A stretch of DNA of 32,000 nucleotides from Erysipelotrichaceae bacterium (GCA_030604855.1 JAUVVC010000011.1:19331-51330); one strand, 5' to 3'. Shown: positions 11,067-19,439, numbered from the stretch's first letter. Numbers and translations: made by a program. Notes: generated by a model not told the origin, from the sequence alone.

Positions 11067-12405
11067 CGATTTTACCCTCGAACAATTTTGAATGTGCATT
11101 GACCCATTGGTCAGATAAGATTGCGAATTCAATTTGCGCTTCTCGTGGCGTCAGTTCCTTATTCCATAAACGACGAACGACTTCCATCACATCTATATCA
11201 TAATACAAAGCAAAAGCCAAATGTTGCGGATAGTCTTGAATGGCAATCAAAGGCTCACTGATCGATGCTTGATAGGCATACGCAAATTGCTTGCTTCGTT
11301 CATCTTTAAATTCAATCGTACTGAGTACATCTAAATTAGCAAGAGGAATATCCGTATGGGTATCCACATAAACTTGTAAGGCATCCGCTTTGCTTAAAAA
11401 AGACATGACTTCGTGCGCTAAACTTGGATATTGAACATCCTTACTCAAAACATAGCCTCTAATATCATGAAGCAGAGGTCGCAAAGGTTCCGTACTTGAT
11501 TCCTCTGCCTTTGGAAACACCGACACAACCCATTCACTCGCATGCTTACCATCCCATTCATTGAGATACATGAAGTTGGATGCTTGGCTAAAGACGAATT
11601 GATCATTTGCCATGACCAAGGGATAATCCCAAACATAATCTTCTGCTAAATTGGCATCGCTTTGTTCCCAATTCACCGTGGATAAACGTTCAATAAACGT
11701 CAATGCATTGAGAAATTCTTCTTTCTCAATGCCAGGTTCAAAGGATGAGTAGTCTTCAAATAAGTGCCAACCGTAGGCTGTTAAATAAGGATAGAACGAA
11801 AAACGATCATTCAAAGCTAAAACCAAACTATTGGGACTTTGAGATAAGGTTTCACTTTGCGCAAGTATCTTCTCAAACGATTCAAATTCATCATGCAGAT
11901 AGTTATTATTCGCATCCACCCAAGGATAGCCCAATTCTTCCAACTTAGTTTTATTCGTCAAAAAGACGAAACCTTCACCGGTATAAGCTAAAAAGCGTTT
12001 CCCTTCGACATTCAATTCAGAACTGATTTGATCCGGTCGATTGAACTCGAATCCACTCAATGCATAGAGTTGATCATACTGTAAAGCAGCCTCATGAACG
12101 CCAACATATTGAATATCCTTAGAACCTTCTTCTTCTATCAATAACGTTTTAAGACGATCCGGATGGTCAGGATAAGTTGTATTCCATAGCGTCTCTAAAG
12201 CTAGTCCATATTCCGCATTATCCACTTCCACGACTAAACTTGCGCCTTCTTCAAATTCATAGCGATTCAGCTCATCGTTATAACAAACCAGATCCTCTTC
12301 TAGATCACATTTACGTAATGCTTGTGTACCTAAAAATAAGCCCAACATGAGTGTAGAACTTATGAGAATCGCAAGTAAAATCAGGATCGATTTTTTCATC
12401 TTCAT
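11050..12405 (-). CDS. Membrane-anchored extracytoplasmic protein with MalE-like (type-2 periplasmic-binding-protein) organisation, 451 aa
   Basis: N-terminal signal/anchor MKMKKSILILLAILISSTLMLGLFLG with no lipobox. By-eye colinearity with E. coli MalE blocks: FYPYLTAYGWHLFED vs FTWPLIAADGGYAFKY; VSVFPKAEESSTEPLRPLL vs VTVLPTFKGQPSKPFVGVL; C-terminal PQHLAFALYYDIDVMEVVRRL vs PQMSAFWYAVRTAVINA. Confidence 0.5.
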   Translation of the reverse strand: MKMKKSILILLAILISSTLMLGLFLGTQALRKCDLEEDLVCYNDELNRYEFEEGASLVVEVDNAEYGLALETLWNTTYPDHPDRLKTLLIEEEGSKDIQYVGVHEAALQYDQLYALSGFEFNRPDQISSELNVEGKRFLAYTGEGFVFLTNKTKLEELGYPWVDANNNYLHDEFESFEKILAQSETLSQSPNSLVLALNDRFSFYPYLTAYGWHLFEDYSSFEPGIEKEEFLNALTFIERLSTVNWEQSDANLAEDYVWDYPLVMANDQFVFSQASNFMYLNEWDGKHASEWVVSVFPKAEESSTEPLRPLLHDIRGYVLSKDVQYPSLAHEVMSFLSKADALQVYVDTHTDIPLANLDVLSTIEFKDERSKQFAYAYQASISEPLIAIQDYPQHLAFALYYDIDVMEVVRRLWNKELTPREAQIEFAILSDQWVNAHSKLFEGKIDVKSE

Positions 12406-12473
12406 TAGTTTACCAAAACGCTTTCATAAGTTCAAACACTATCGTATCCATCCATATGTCAATTAACCCTTTA

Positions 12474-12487
12474 AGTAATCGATTACA
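12474..12487. promoter_or_regulatory. LacI/CcpA-type operator in the divergent control region
   Basis: AGTAATCGATTACA contains the perfect 12-bp palindrome GTAATCGATTAC (12475-12486). On the minus strand it reads TGTAATCGATTACT, which fits the cre core. It matches the site at 19426-19439 at 12 of 14 positions. Confidence 0.55.
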
Positions 12488-12508
12488 CCCTAATCTCTGG
12501 CTTTATCA

Positions 12509-12538
12509 TTAACAACGTTTTAAGCTTTATGCTAGAAT
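12509..12538 (+). promoter_or_regulatory. Sigma-A-type promoter of the 695-aa GH13 gene
   Basis: TTAACA (12509-12514), 18-nt spacer, TGcTAGAAT (extended -10, 12533-12538). GGAGGG RBS at 12545-12550 and ATG at 12556. Confidence 0.6.
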
Positions 12539-12555
12539 GAAACTGGAGGGAAACT

Positions 12556-14643
12556 ATGAGTACCAACTTAAACAAAATCAGAGAAGCACTCGCGAAACAG
12601 ACGCAGAAGAACCATGAAATCTTCAACTATGCCATTCCAGACACCTGGTTGGCTTTTGATTATAAAGGTTCTAAGATCAAGGTCAATGATGGCAATGTGC
12701 TTGTCAATCCGTATCACTTCTATCAAAGTTTGATTGAGGATGTTTTTCTAAAACAAACATCCAATGAATTACGCAGTTATTATTTGGATCATCCTGTGGA
12801 CAAGGGTTTCGATAATGGCAACTGGATCCGCAAGAGCAGTGCTTATTCCATGATGGTTCGTACATCTGGAAGCTATGATCATGATCGTACAGGTAAGCTT
12901 GAAGACCAGAATCTATATCATCTTAAAGACACCGGCACTTTCCTAAAGACATTGGCGTATCTTCCTTTATTGAAACGCATGGGCATTGATGTCTTATATC
13001 TACTCCCTATCGCAAAGTATTCACTTAAAGATAAGAAAGGTGAACTGGGTTCTCCTTATGGTGTATCCAACTTCTTTGCTTTAGATGAAGGTTTAAAAGA
13101 TCCGATGACAGGCGATGCCACAACAGTGAATGATGAATTCAAAGCCTTTGTGGAAGCTGCACATGCCTTGGACATGAAGGTTATCATCGACATCATCCCG
13201 AGAACAAATTCCGTCAACTCCGATTTGATCATCGATCATCCGGATTGGTTCTATTGGATCGATCATAAGGATTTGGAAGATTATCGTCCACCGATGGTCG
13301 AAGGTTTGAAATCGACCCTACCTGCTAAGAAAGAGTATTTCAAAGAACTCTTCAGTTCCCCAAGTGTAGAGGAACATCTCCATAAGTTCCGTAAGAATCC
13401 ACGTGATTTGAACCCCGAACAATGGAAGAAGATGGTTAAGGCGTATAAGTCAAAAAAGAACACCAAAGAAATCTTGGATTTGGTTCAAGAATACTTCGAT
13501 ATGACAGTTGCCCCAGCGTTCTCGGATCACATCAATGATCCTCAACCCGCATGGAGTGATGTGACTTTCTTTAGAATGTATAATGATCATCCGATCAACT
13601 CACAACCTTTCCTAGATGAATTGGGTGAATTCAATCCTTATATCTTATTTGATGTGGCGAAATGTAGTTTGAATCCAGGCAGTCAACCCAACATGCCGCT
13701 GTGGGAACTCTTGAGTGATATCATTCCATACTATCAAACCGAATTTGGGATTGATGGGGCTCGTATCGACATGGGTCATGCCTTACCGGTTGAACTCATT
13801 GACATGATCATTTCAAAGGCTAAGAAGATTGATTCTAACTTCTGCTTCATCGCAGAGGAACTGGATATCGAGAATGCTCAAGCTTCCATTGATAAAGGCT
13901 ACAACATGATCATTGGTGATGGCTTCATCCGTGAACCACGTGTGTATGAAGGCATGTTCAATGCCTTTGCCTACAGTGCCATGAATCTACCTTCACCAGT
14001 CTTTGCTTGTGGAGAAACGCATGATACGCCACGTTTGGCCGCCCGTAATGGTGAAGAAGTCTTAGCGAAGATGTTAAGTGTCTTCAATCTCTTTGTGCCA
14101 AATGCAGTCCCATTCTTGAATTCGGGTCAAGAGTTCTTCGAACGTCAACCAATGAATACCGGCTTGGATTGTAAACCAAATGAAGCCGAAGCGTTGGATA
14201 AGAACGATCCGTATTATGGCAAGCTTGCCTTATTCGATCGTTACCAATTGCACTATCTTCACCCACGTCGTTGGGAAATGGTTGAAACCATGGAGAAAGC
14301 CGCTAAGATTCGTCAGTCGATCATGAGTTCACTCGTTAAGATGGATAAGGTTTATCCACTTGGCTTCAGTGCTCCTTGGGATACCGCTGCTGGTTTCGGT
14401 TATGAAGGACGCAATAAAATGACTTTGGTCATTGCGAATACGGACTATGGTCACGACAAGGAACATTGGGTGCGTTTGGATTCGCTCCCTGACGCCTATA
14501 ACAACGAAGGCACCATCCTAAAGCAAATCTTCTCTTCTGAAAATGCAGAGAATGAAACAGACGTGTTCATTGAAAGTACACGGAATGTGCGGATCTGGTT
14601 CAAAAAAGGCGAAGTCAAAATCTTCGAAATCAAAGCTAAGTAG
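12556..14643 (+). CDS. GH13 (alpha-amylase superfamily) enzyme, cytoplasmic, 695 aa, atypical conserved region I
   Basis: Region II GIDGARIDMGHALP, region III FCFIAEELD, region IV CGETHDTPR. Region I reads KVIIDIIPRT instead of DxxxNH. No signal peptide. Confidence 0.85.
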   Translation: MSTNLNKIREALAKQTQKNHEIFNYAIPDTWLAFDYKGSKIKVNDGNVLVNPYHFYQSLIEDVFLKQTSNELRSYYLDHPVDKGFDNGNWIRKSSAYSMMVRTSGSYDHDRTGKLEDQNLYHLKDTGTFLKTLAYLPLLKRMGIDVLYLLPIAKYSLKDKKGELGSPYGVSNFFALDEGLKDPMTGDATTVNDEFKAFVEAAHALDMKVIIDIIPRTNSVNSDLIIDHPDWFYWIDHKDLEDYRPPMVEGLKSTLPAKKEYFKELFSSPSVEEHLHKFRKNPRDLNPEQWKKMVKAYKSKKNTKEILDLVQEYFDMTVAPAFSDHINDPQPAWSDVTFFRMYNDHPINSQPFLDELGEFNPYILFDVAKCSLNPGSQPNMPLWELLSDIIPYYQTEFGIDGARIDMGHALPVELIDMIISKAKKIDSNFCFIAEELDIENAQASIDKGYNMIIGDGFIREPRVYEGMFNAFAYSAMNLPSPVFACGETHDTPRLAARNGEEVLAKMLSVFNLFVPNAVPFLNSGQEFFERQPMNTGLDCKPNEAEALDKNDPYYGKLALFDRYQLHYLHPRRWEMVETMEKAAKIRQSIMSSLVKMDKVYPLGFSAPWDTAAGFGYEGRNKMTLVIANTDYGHDKEHWVRLDSLPDAYNNEGTILKQIFSSENAENETDVFIESTRNVRIWFKKGEVKIFEIKAK

Positions 14644-14647
14644 AAAC

Positions 14648-14678
14648 AAAGAGCGGAATCATTGATTTCGCTCTTTTT
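14648..14678. terminator. Bidirectional intrinsic terminator between convergent GH13 genes
   Basis: AAAGAGCGGAAT (14648-14659) pairs with ATTTCGCTCTTT (14665-14676), including one G-U pair. It is flanked by a T-run on the plus strand (14674-14678) and by TTTGTTTC on the minus strand. Confidence 0.8.
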
Positions 14679-14686
14679 GAATTCAT

Positions 14687-15961
14687 TTAAACTTTGAAGA
14701 TAATTGGATAGTCACCCAACATCACTTGTCCATGTCGGATATCCACATCTTCGCCTGTGATCAGATGTTTATACACACCCTCCTCACAATCGATGCGAAC
14801 CATACCTTTAGAACGCGAGATGTTACAGAGAATAACGAGACGTTCTTCTTTGTTTTGATATTCAATGTGAATGACATCTTTAGGATGATCAATCAACTTA
14901 TACCCTGCATTCTGTGCAAAGATCTTTTGTTTCTTGAGTTTCGCAAGCTTCGTAATCCAATCCACGAACTCTGGATCGATCTTCGACCAATCCACGGGAT
15001 CTTTCTCAAAGAGGTACGAGAGATGATCGCTCACGGTCTCTACACCGAAATGCAAGAATGCGATGCCCTTGGCCATAAAGACATAAGCCAACCAATTCAA
15101 GGTCTTATATCTATCTTGTGTATACGCTTGGATACGATGATTGTCGTGGTTCTCCACGTTGCGTGCTTTGACATAATCGACAGGATACATGCGTTCCTGA
15201 CGACGATGCGCCATGATGAAATCCTTTAAAGGTAGTTCGTTGTGAAGATAGCCCAAGAACTGCGATTGATTGTCATAATCGTAGAGAATATGGAAATATG
15301 CATACAGCTCCGCATCACTCAGACAGGTATGTCCATGGTAACGCAGGTAGTCCACGAAGTTTTGATCAACACTTTCTGCTAAGAAAATCAAATCTGGATT
15401 CAATTTCAATACCGCCGGGAAAGCACTTTGATAGAAGTGATGCGGAATCATCGATGCCACATCGAATCTAAATCCATCCAAACCTTTTTCAATCCAGAAA
15501 CGCAAGACATCGGTCAAGTTCTCGATGAGTCTTGGATTATCCTCAAACTCAAAATCTGCGATATCCGACCAATCCCCAACTTTATTCGAGAGTTTACCAT
15601 TCTTCCAATGATAGAATTCAGGATGTTCAACGGTCCATGGATGATCGGGTGCCGTATGGTGGAAAACCATATCCAGCATCAACTTCATGCCCAAGGCATG
15701 GGTCTGATCGACCAGTTCCTTAAAATCATCCCAATTCCCAAGATCAGGACTGAGTGCGCAATAATCCTTGATGGCATACGGGCTACCGAATGTTCCCTTA
15801 CGATTCAATTCCCCAATCGGTTGGATTGGCAATAAGTAAAGGATATCCGTACCCAACGCTTGGATGCGCTTAAGGTCTGAGGTTAAAGCTTTGAAGGTTC
15901 CTTGCGCGGAATAATTCCGCACAAAGACCTGATAAATCATTTGATTACGTAGAACTTGCAT
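14687..15961 (-). CDS. GH13 alpha-amylase-family enzyme, cytoplasmic, 424 aa
   Basis: IYQVFVRNYS, region I LMLDMVFHHT, region II GLDGFRFDVASMIP, region III IFLAESVD, region IV NVENHDNHR. I chose the start at 15961 (MQVLRNQ...), 1 nt after the msmX stop; the track extension to 16039 overlaps msmX. Confidence 0.85.
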   Translation of the reverse strand: MQVLRNQMIYQVFVRNYSAQGTFKALTSDLKRIQALGTDILYLLPIQPIGELNRKGTFGSPYAIKDYCALSPDLGNWDDFKELVDQTHALGMKLMLDMVFHHTAPDHPWTVEHPEFYHWKNGKLSNKVGDWSDIADFEFEDNPRLIENLTDVLRFWIEKGLDGFRFDVASMIPHHFYQSAFPAVLKLNPDLIFLAESVDQNFVDYLRYHGHTCLSDAELYAYFHILYDYDNQSQFLGYLHNELPLKDFIMAHRRQERMYPVDYVKARNVENHDNHRIQAYTQDRYKTLNWLAYVFMAKGIAFLHFGVETVSDHLSYLFEKDPVDWSKIDPEFVDWITKLAKLKKQKIFAQNAGYKLIDHPKDVIHIEYQNKEERLVILCNISRSKGMVRIDCEEGVYKHLITGEDVDIRHGQVMLGDYPIIFKV

Positions 15962-15962
15962 G

Positions 15963-17054
15963 CTAGAAAATCGCTTTAGTCGTTTCCTTATCAAAGAAGT
16001 GAAGTTTGGACACATCCATCGCCAACTTAATGGTGTCATGCGCCTTCACATCAACACGGGAAGCGACTTTCGCCAACATCTTTTGACCCCCGAATTGACC
16101 ATGAAGAATGAATTCATGACCCAAGAGTTCAGAAACTTCGATATTGAAATCAAACGGTGTATCCGGGAACGTTTCCGCAACGATGCCTTCGTAATGAATA
16201 TCTTCTGGACGAATGCCCAACACCAATTCTTTACCATCGTAGTTCTTCAATTGATCATGGAACATTTTAGGAACCATGAAACTTTGGCCATCCACTTCAA
16301 AACGACCTTTTACATATTTTCCATTGATAAAATTCATCGCAGGGGCTCCAACGAAGTTCGCTACGAACATGTTGGCAGGTGTGTTATAGACTTGTTTCGG
16401 TGTACCGATTTGTTGGATATAGCCATCTTTCATGACGACAATACGCGTAGCCATGGTCATGGCTTCCGTTTGGTCATGGGTGACATAGACGGTTGTCGCA
16501 TTGAGACGTTCATGAAGTTTGATGATTTCAGAGCGCATTTGAACACGAAGCTTCGCATCCAAGTTACTCAAAGGTTCATCCATCAAGAAGACTTGCGCAT
16601 TACGAACGATTGCACGTCCCAAGGCCACACGTTGACGTTGACCACCGGATAGCGCTTTTGGTTTACGATCCAAGTATTGCTCGATTTCAAGGATCTTCGC
16701 ACTTTCGTGAACGCGACGATCGATTTCATCTTTAGGCAGTTTCTTTAAACGTAGACCAAAAGCCATGTTTTCATAGACAGACATGTGTGGATACAATGCA
16801 TAGGATTGGAACACCATCGCGATGTCACGATCCTTAGGTGCTTTATCATTGGCCAATTGTTCATTGATCCAAAGTTCACCGGAACTGATGTCTTCCAAAC
16901 CTGCGATCATACGCAATGTCGTGGATTTCCCACAACCGGAAGGTCCGACCAAGACGATGAATTCTTTATCTGAGATTTCCAAGTTGAAATCAAAGACCGC
17001 TTGGACGTTGTTGTCATAAATCTTATTAATGTTTTTTAGTTGTAATGTTGCCAT
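15963..17054 (-). CDS. msmX: Sugar ABC-transporter ATP-binding protein, MsmX/MalK type, 363 aa
   Basis: Walker [10 protein letters not shown], signature [14 protein letters not shown], Walker [13 protein letters not shown], and a C-terminal MalK-like regulatory domain. The start at 17054 ([11 protein letters not shown]) has a GAGG RBS. Confidence 0.92.
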   Translation of the reverse strand: MATLQLKNINKIYDNNVQAVFDFNLEISDKEFIVLVGPSGCGKSTTLRMIAGLEDISSGELWINEQLANDKAPKDRDIAMVFQSYALYPHMSVYENMAFGLRLKKLPKDEIDRRVHESAKILEIEQYLDRKPKALSGGQRQRVALGRAIVRNAQVFLMDEPLSNLDAKLRVQMRSEIIKLHERLNATTVYVTHDQTEAMTMATRIVVMKDGYIQQIGTPKQVYNTPANMFVANFVGAPAMNFINGKYVKGRFEVDGQSFMVPKMFHDQLKNYDGKELVLGIRPEDIHYEGIVAETFPDTPFDFNIEVSELLGHEFILHGQFGGQKMLAKVASRVDVKAHDTIKLAMDVSKLHFFDKETTKAIF

Positions 17055-17073
17055 ATTAACCTCGCTTGATTTG

Positions 17074-17082
17074 AGTATACCA
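17074..17082 (-). promoter_or_regulatory. Candidate extended -10 promoter for msmX
   Basis: TGgTATACT on the minus strand, about 20 nt upstream of the msmX ATG and immediately downstream of the hairpin at 17091-17128. The -35 is weak (ATTCAA). Confidence 0.4.
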
Positions 17083-17090
17083 CTGAATAA

Positions 17091-17128
17091 AAAAGATTGA
17101 ATGTGCACTGTGCACAAATCAATCTTTT
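17091..17128 (-). terminator. Long hairpin / intrinsic terminator after the PucR-like gene
   Basis: Outer 10-bp stem AAAAGATTGA (17091-17100) / TCAATCTTTT (17119-17128). Inner 7-1-7 perfect palindrome TGTGCAC-T-GTGCACA (17102-17116). On the minus strand the 3' arm runs into TTTTTTATT. The hairpin includes the stop codon of the upstream gene. Confidence 0.6.
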
Positions 17129-17682
17129 AGACGTTCATTCATCACGAAATAGAGTTGTAAGAGTCGACTGAGTTGGATGTCCCGCACATCGATCTTGGTC
17201 TCTTCATGGAATTTATCCAAACGATAGTTGAATGTATTCCGGTGAAGATAGAGATACTCTGCTGCTAAGACCGCATTGTTTGAACAGCTTAGATACATGG
17301 AAACCGTATCAATCAAATCATTGTGTAGTAGCCTTAATTTGTTTCTTAGTGCCTCTAACAATCTGAAGTCTTTCTGTTCGACACTCAACCACAAGCAGTC
17401 TGCCAATTCCATCAACTTTCCACTCGCCGTATGTTCCGCAATCTCAATGGCCAAACGCATGATCGCATCATCTTCAAAGCCTACAACCCCAACCAATTGC
17501 GTCCCAAAGTCATCTTGAAGCTGATGAAACAAAAGCTTAAGTTGCACACATTCACGTTGGCTTAGCGTCAGTCGGAAACCCTGACCATTCAAAGCTTCAT
17601 GTACATAGCCTGAGCTTTCACAAAAGTGTTCGAAGGCTCTTTGATCCGCATGGGCTACATTCACATAGACAAGCGTTTGCAT
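17119..17682 (-). CDS. Small PucR/CdaR-type helix-turn-helix regulator, 187 aa
   Basis: C-terminal [29 protein letters not shown] matches the PucR C-terminal HTH signature (HxNTxxYRL). The ATG at 17682 directly abuts the malL stop (17683-17685). Confidence 0.7.
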   Translation of the reverse strand: MQTLVYVNVAHADQRAFEHFCESSGYVHEALNGQGFRLTLSQRECVQLKLLFHQLQDDFGTQLVGVVGFEDDAIMRLAIEIAEHTASGKLMELADCLWLSVEQKDFRLLEALRNKLRLLHNDLIDTVSMYLSCSNNAVLAAEYLYLHRNTFNYRLDKFHEETKIDVRDIQLSRLLQLYFVMNERLKD

Positions 17683-19365
17683 CTATTCCTCGAACACGAT
17701 GGCTTCATAAGGTCTAAGTTCAGTGACGTTCAATTTTGTATCCAAGTAGTTCGATAGACATAAAGCTTTGGCTTGGTGCTCAAACTTAATCGTTGTTGGT
17801 CTGAAGTTCGCAATCACCGTGATTTTCTTTTGACTTGAAGTTCGTGTGTATGCATAGACATCTGGGTTCTTAGGATCCAATAAAGCAAAGTCCCCAAACA
17901 CCAAGGTCTCTAGATATTCTGGATTCTTTCTTAAATGAATCAATCTTCGATAATGATTGAGAATCGATTGTTCATCCTTTTCTTGCGCTTCCACATTCAG
18001 CCATGAACGATTGCGGTTAATCTTTTGAATGGGTTCAACCGTACTGAAACCTGCATAGACTTCATCAGTCCACTGCATGGGTGTCCGTGCGTTATCACGC
18101 GATGTTCTTCTTAAGTGTCTTAATACCAATTCCAATGGATATTTCTTTAACAATGCTGGGGCATTATTCTTAACCCAGACATCCTTGAAATCATCAATGC
18201 TTTCGTAATCCACATTGGTCATCCCAATTTCTTCACCATTGTAAATAAAAGGTGTTCCAGGGAGGGTCAAAAGAATGGTTCCCAACATCATTCCAGACAA
18301 ACGATGGTGGTGTTCAGGATCTCCATATTGTGAGATGACGCGTGGATGATCATGGTTCAACCAATAATGAGGCAACCATCCCTTATCCTTCATGCCATTG
18401 ATCCAATAGGCCATATTCTCCTTAAGTTGAACGACATCAACGATCATCTTATCGTCATCATTCAAGATATCCATTCCACCTTTTGACCAACAATGATCAA
18501 AATTGAAAACCATATTGAAAGCTTGCGCATCATAACCGGCATAGCGAACACCGGCTTCAATCTTCGCACCACCGCCCACTTCACCGACACTCATGCAATC
18601 ATAGTGACTCAAAACTTTTTCATTGAACTCATGAATATAGTCGAAGAGTTCTTCACGATTGGAGAATTTACCCCAATCTGGCGCAACCCCATGATCATTC
18701 AAAGGAAGTTCACTGTCTGTAAAACTTAGATCTCTTGCTAAATGTGCGATCGCATCCACACGGAAGCCATCCACACCTTGGTCCAGCCACCAACGCGCAA
18801 CCTTAAACATCTCTTCACGCAGTTCTGGATTGGCCCAATTCAAGTCCGGCATTTTGTTGGAGAAGATCTTCATATAGAATTCCTCGGTTTTCGCATCGTA
18901 GTTCCATGCGGAGCCTTCGAAGAAACTACCCCAATTGGTCGGCGGAAGAAGCTTACCCTCCACTTCTTTACCCTTTTGCCAAATGTAATAATCTCGTTTT
19001 GGATTATCCACACTGGAACGTGCTTCCATGAACCATGGATGTTCATCACTGGTGTGATTCAACACAAGATCCAAGATGATACGAATCCCCTTCGCATGGG
19101 CTTTTTCAATCAATTCCTTCGCATCGTCCAAAGACCCAAACATCGGATCCACATCATAGAAATCACTGACATCATAGCCATTGTCATCCATGGGTGAACG
19201 ATAAAAAGGTCCGATCCAGATCAGATCGATACCGAGTTCATTCAAGTAGTCTAGTTTAGTAATAATGCCTCTTAAATCACCGACACCATCTTGATTTGTG
19301 TCATAAAAAGTTCTTGGATAGATCTGATATCCAACTGCCTGCATCCACCACTTCTTTTCTATCAT
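17683..19365 (-). CDS. malL: Oligo-1,6-glucosidase / alpha-glucosidase (GH13_31-like), 560 aa
   Basis: WWMQAVGYQIYPRTFYDTNQDGVGDLRGI, DLVLNHTSDEHPWF, GVDGFRVDAI, VGEV and WLNHDHPR motifs. GAGGA RBS. Confidence 0.9.
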   Translation of the reverse strand: MIEKKWWMQAVGYQIYPRTFYDTNQDGVGDLRGIITKLDYLNELGIDLIWIGPFYRSPMDDNGYDVSDFYDVDPMFGSLDDAKELIEKAHAKGIRIILDLVLNHTSDEHPWFMEARSSVDNPKRDYYIWQKGKEVEGKLLPPTNWGSFFEGSAWNYDAKTEEFYMKIFSNKMPDLNWANPELREEMFKVARWWLDQGVDGFRVDAIAHLARDLSFTDSELPLNDHGVAPDWGKFSNREELFDYIHEFNEKVLSHYDCMSVGEVGGGAKIEAGVRYAGYDAQAFNMVFNFDHCWSKGGMDILNDDDKMIVDVVQLKENMAYWINGMKDKGWLPHYWLNHDHPRVISQYGDPEHHHRLSGMMLGTILLTLPGTPFIYNGEEIGMTNVDYESIDDFKDVWVKNNAPALLKKYPLELVLRHLRRTSRDNARTPMQWTDEVYAGFSTVEPIQKINRNRSWLNVEAQEKDEQSILNHYRRLIHLRKNPEYLETLVFGDFALLDPKNPDVYAYTRTSSQKKITVIANFRPTTIKFEHQAKALCLSNYLDTKLNVTELRPYEAIVFEE

Positions 19366-19386
19366 AGTTTAAGTCCTCGCAAATCC

Positions 19387-19392
19387 ATTATA
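19387..19392 (-). promoter_or_regulatory. Candidate -10 box for malL
   Basis: TATAAT on the minus strand, 21 nt upstream of the malL ATG. No convincing -35 at 17-18 nt spacing (CAGCAC / ACAGCA). Confidence 0.4.
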
Positions 19393-19425
19393 GCGAAGAC
19401 TTGTGCAATGTGCTGTACAGAGTGT

Positions 19426-19439
19426 TGAAATCGATTACA
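19426..19439. promoter_or_regulatory. cre / LacI-family operator upstream of malL
   Basis: TGAAATCGATTACA (minus strand: TGTAATCGATTTCA). With flanking bases it fits WTGNAANCGNWNNCW perfectly on both strands. It overlaps the stop codon of the EAL-HDOD gene. Confidence 0.6.

Noticed and set aside
14726-15835. Plus-strand ORFs of 167 aa (14726-15229), 135 aa (15428-15835) and 63 aa
   Set aside because: They lie antisense within the 424-aa GH13 gene, whose catalytic regions are intact on the minus strand. They are shadow ORFs.
15960-16652. 230-aa plus-strand ORF, the longest unannotated ORF in the track
   Set aside because: It lies entirely antisense to the highly conserved msmX ATPase gene. 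It has no RBS, its composition is low-complexity and Arg/His/Phe-rich (typical of antisense frames), and I recognise no motif in it.
17055-17117. N-terminal extensions in the ORF track (msmX to 17117; GH13 to 16039; fliS to 21126; fliW to 24490; MFS to 11132; glgC to 7125; flgM to 27899; parA to 29733; comFB to 28973; FlhB_CC-like to 30122)
   Set aside because: In most cases an internal ATG is preceded by a clear GGAGG-like RBS and yields the family-typical N-terminus. The GH13 (15961), fliS (21039) and FlhB_CC-like (30047) starts have only weak or no SD; there the internal ATG was chosen for its family-typical N-terminus and its position at or just after the upstream stop. The extensions overlap the upstream gene or lack an RBS.
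18493-19197. Plus-strand ORFs of 78 and 151 aa
   Set aside because: They lie antisense inside malL. They have no RBS and no recognisable domains.
19403-19424. Imperfect palindrome CAATGTGCTGTACAGAGTGTTG centred on CTGTACAG, considered as a terminator of the flagellar operon
   Set aside because: Only about 7 of 11 positions pair. Pairing is poor on the transcribed (minus) strand, and no T-tract follows. This is not convincing as either a terminator or an operator.
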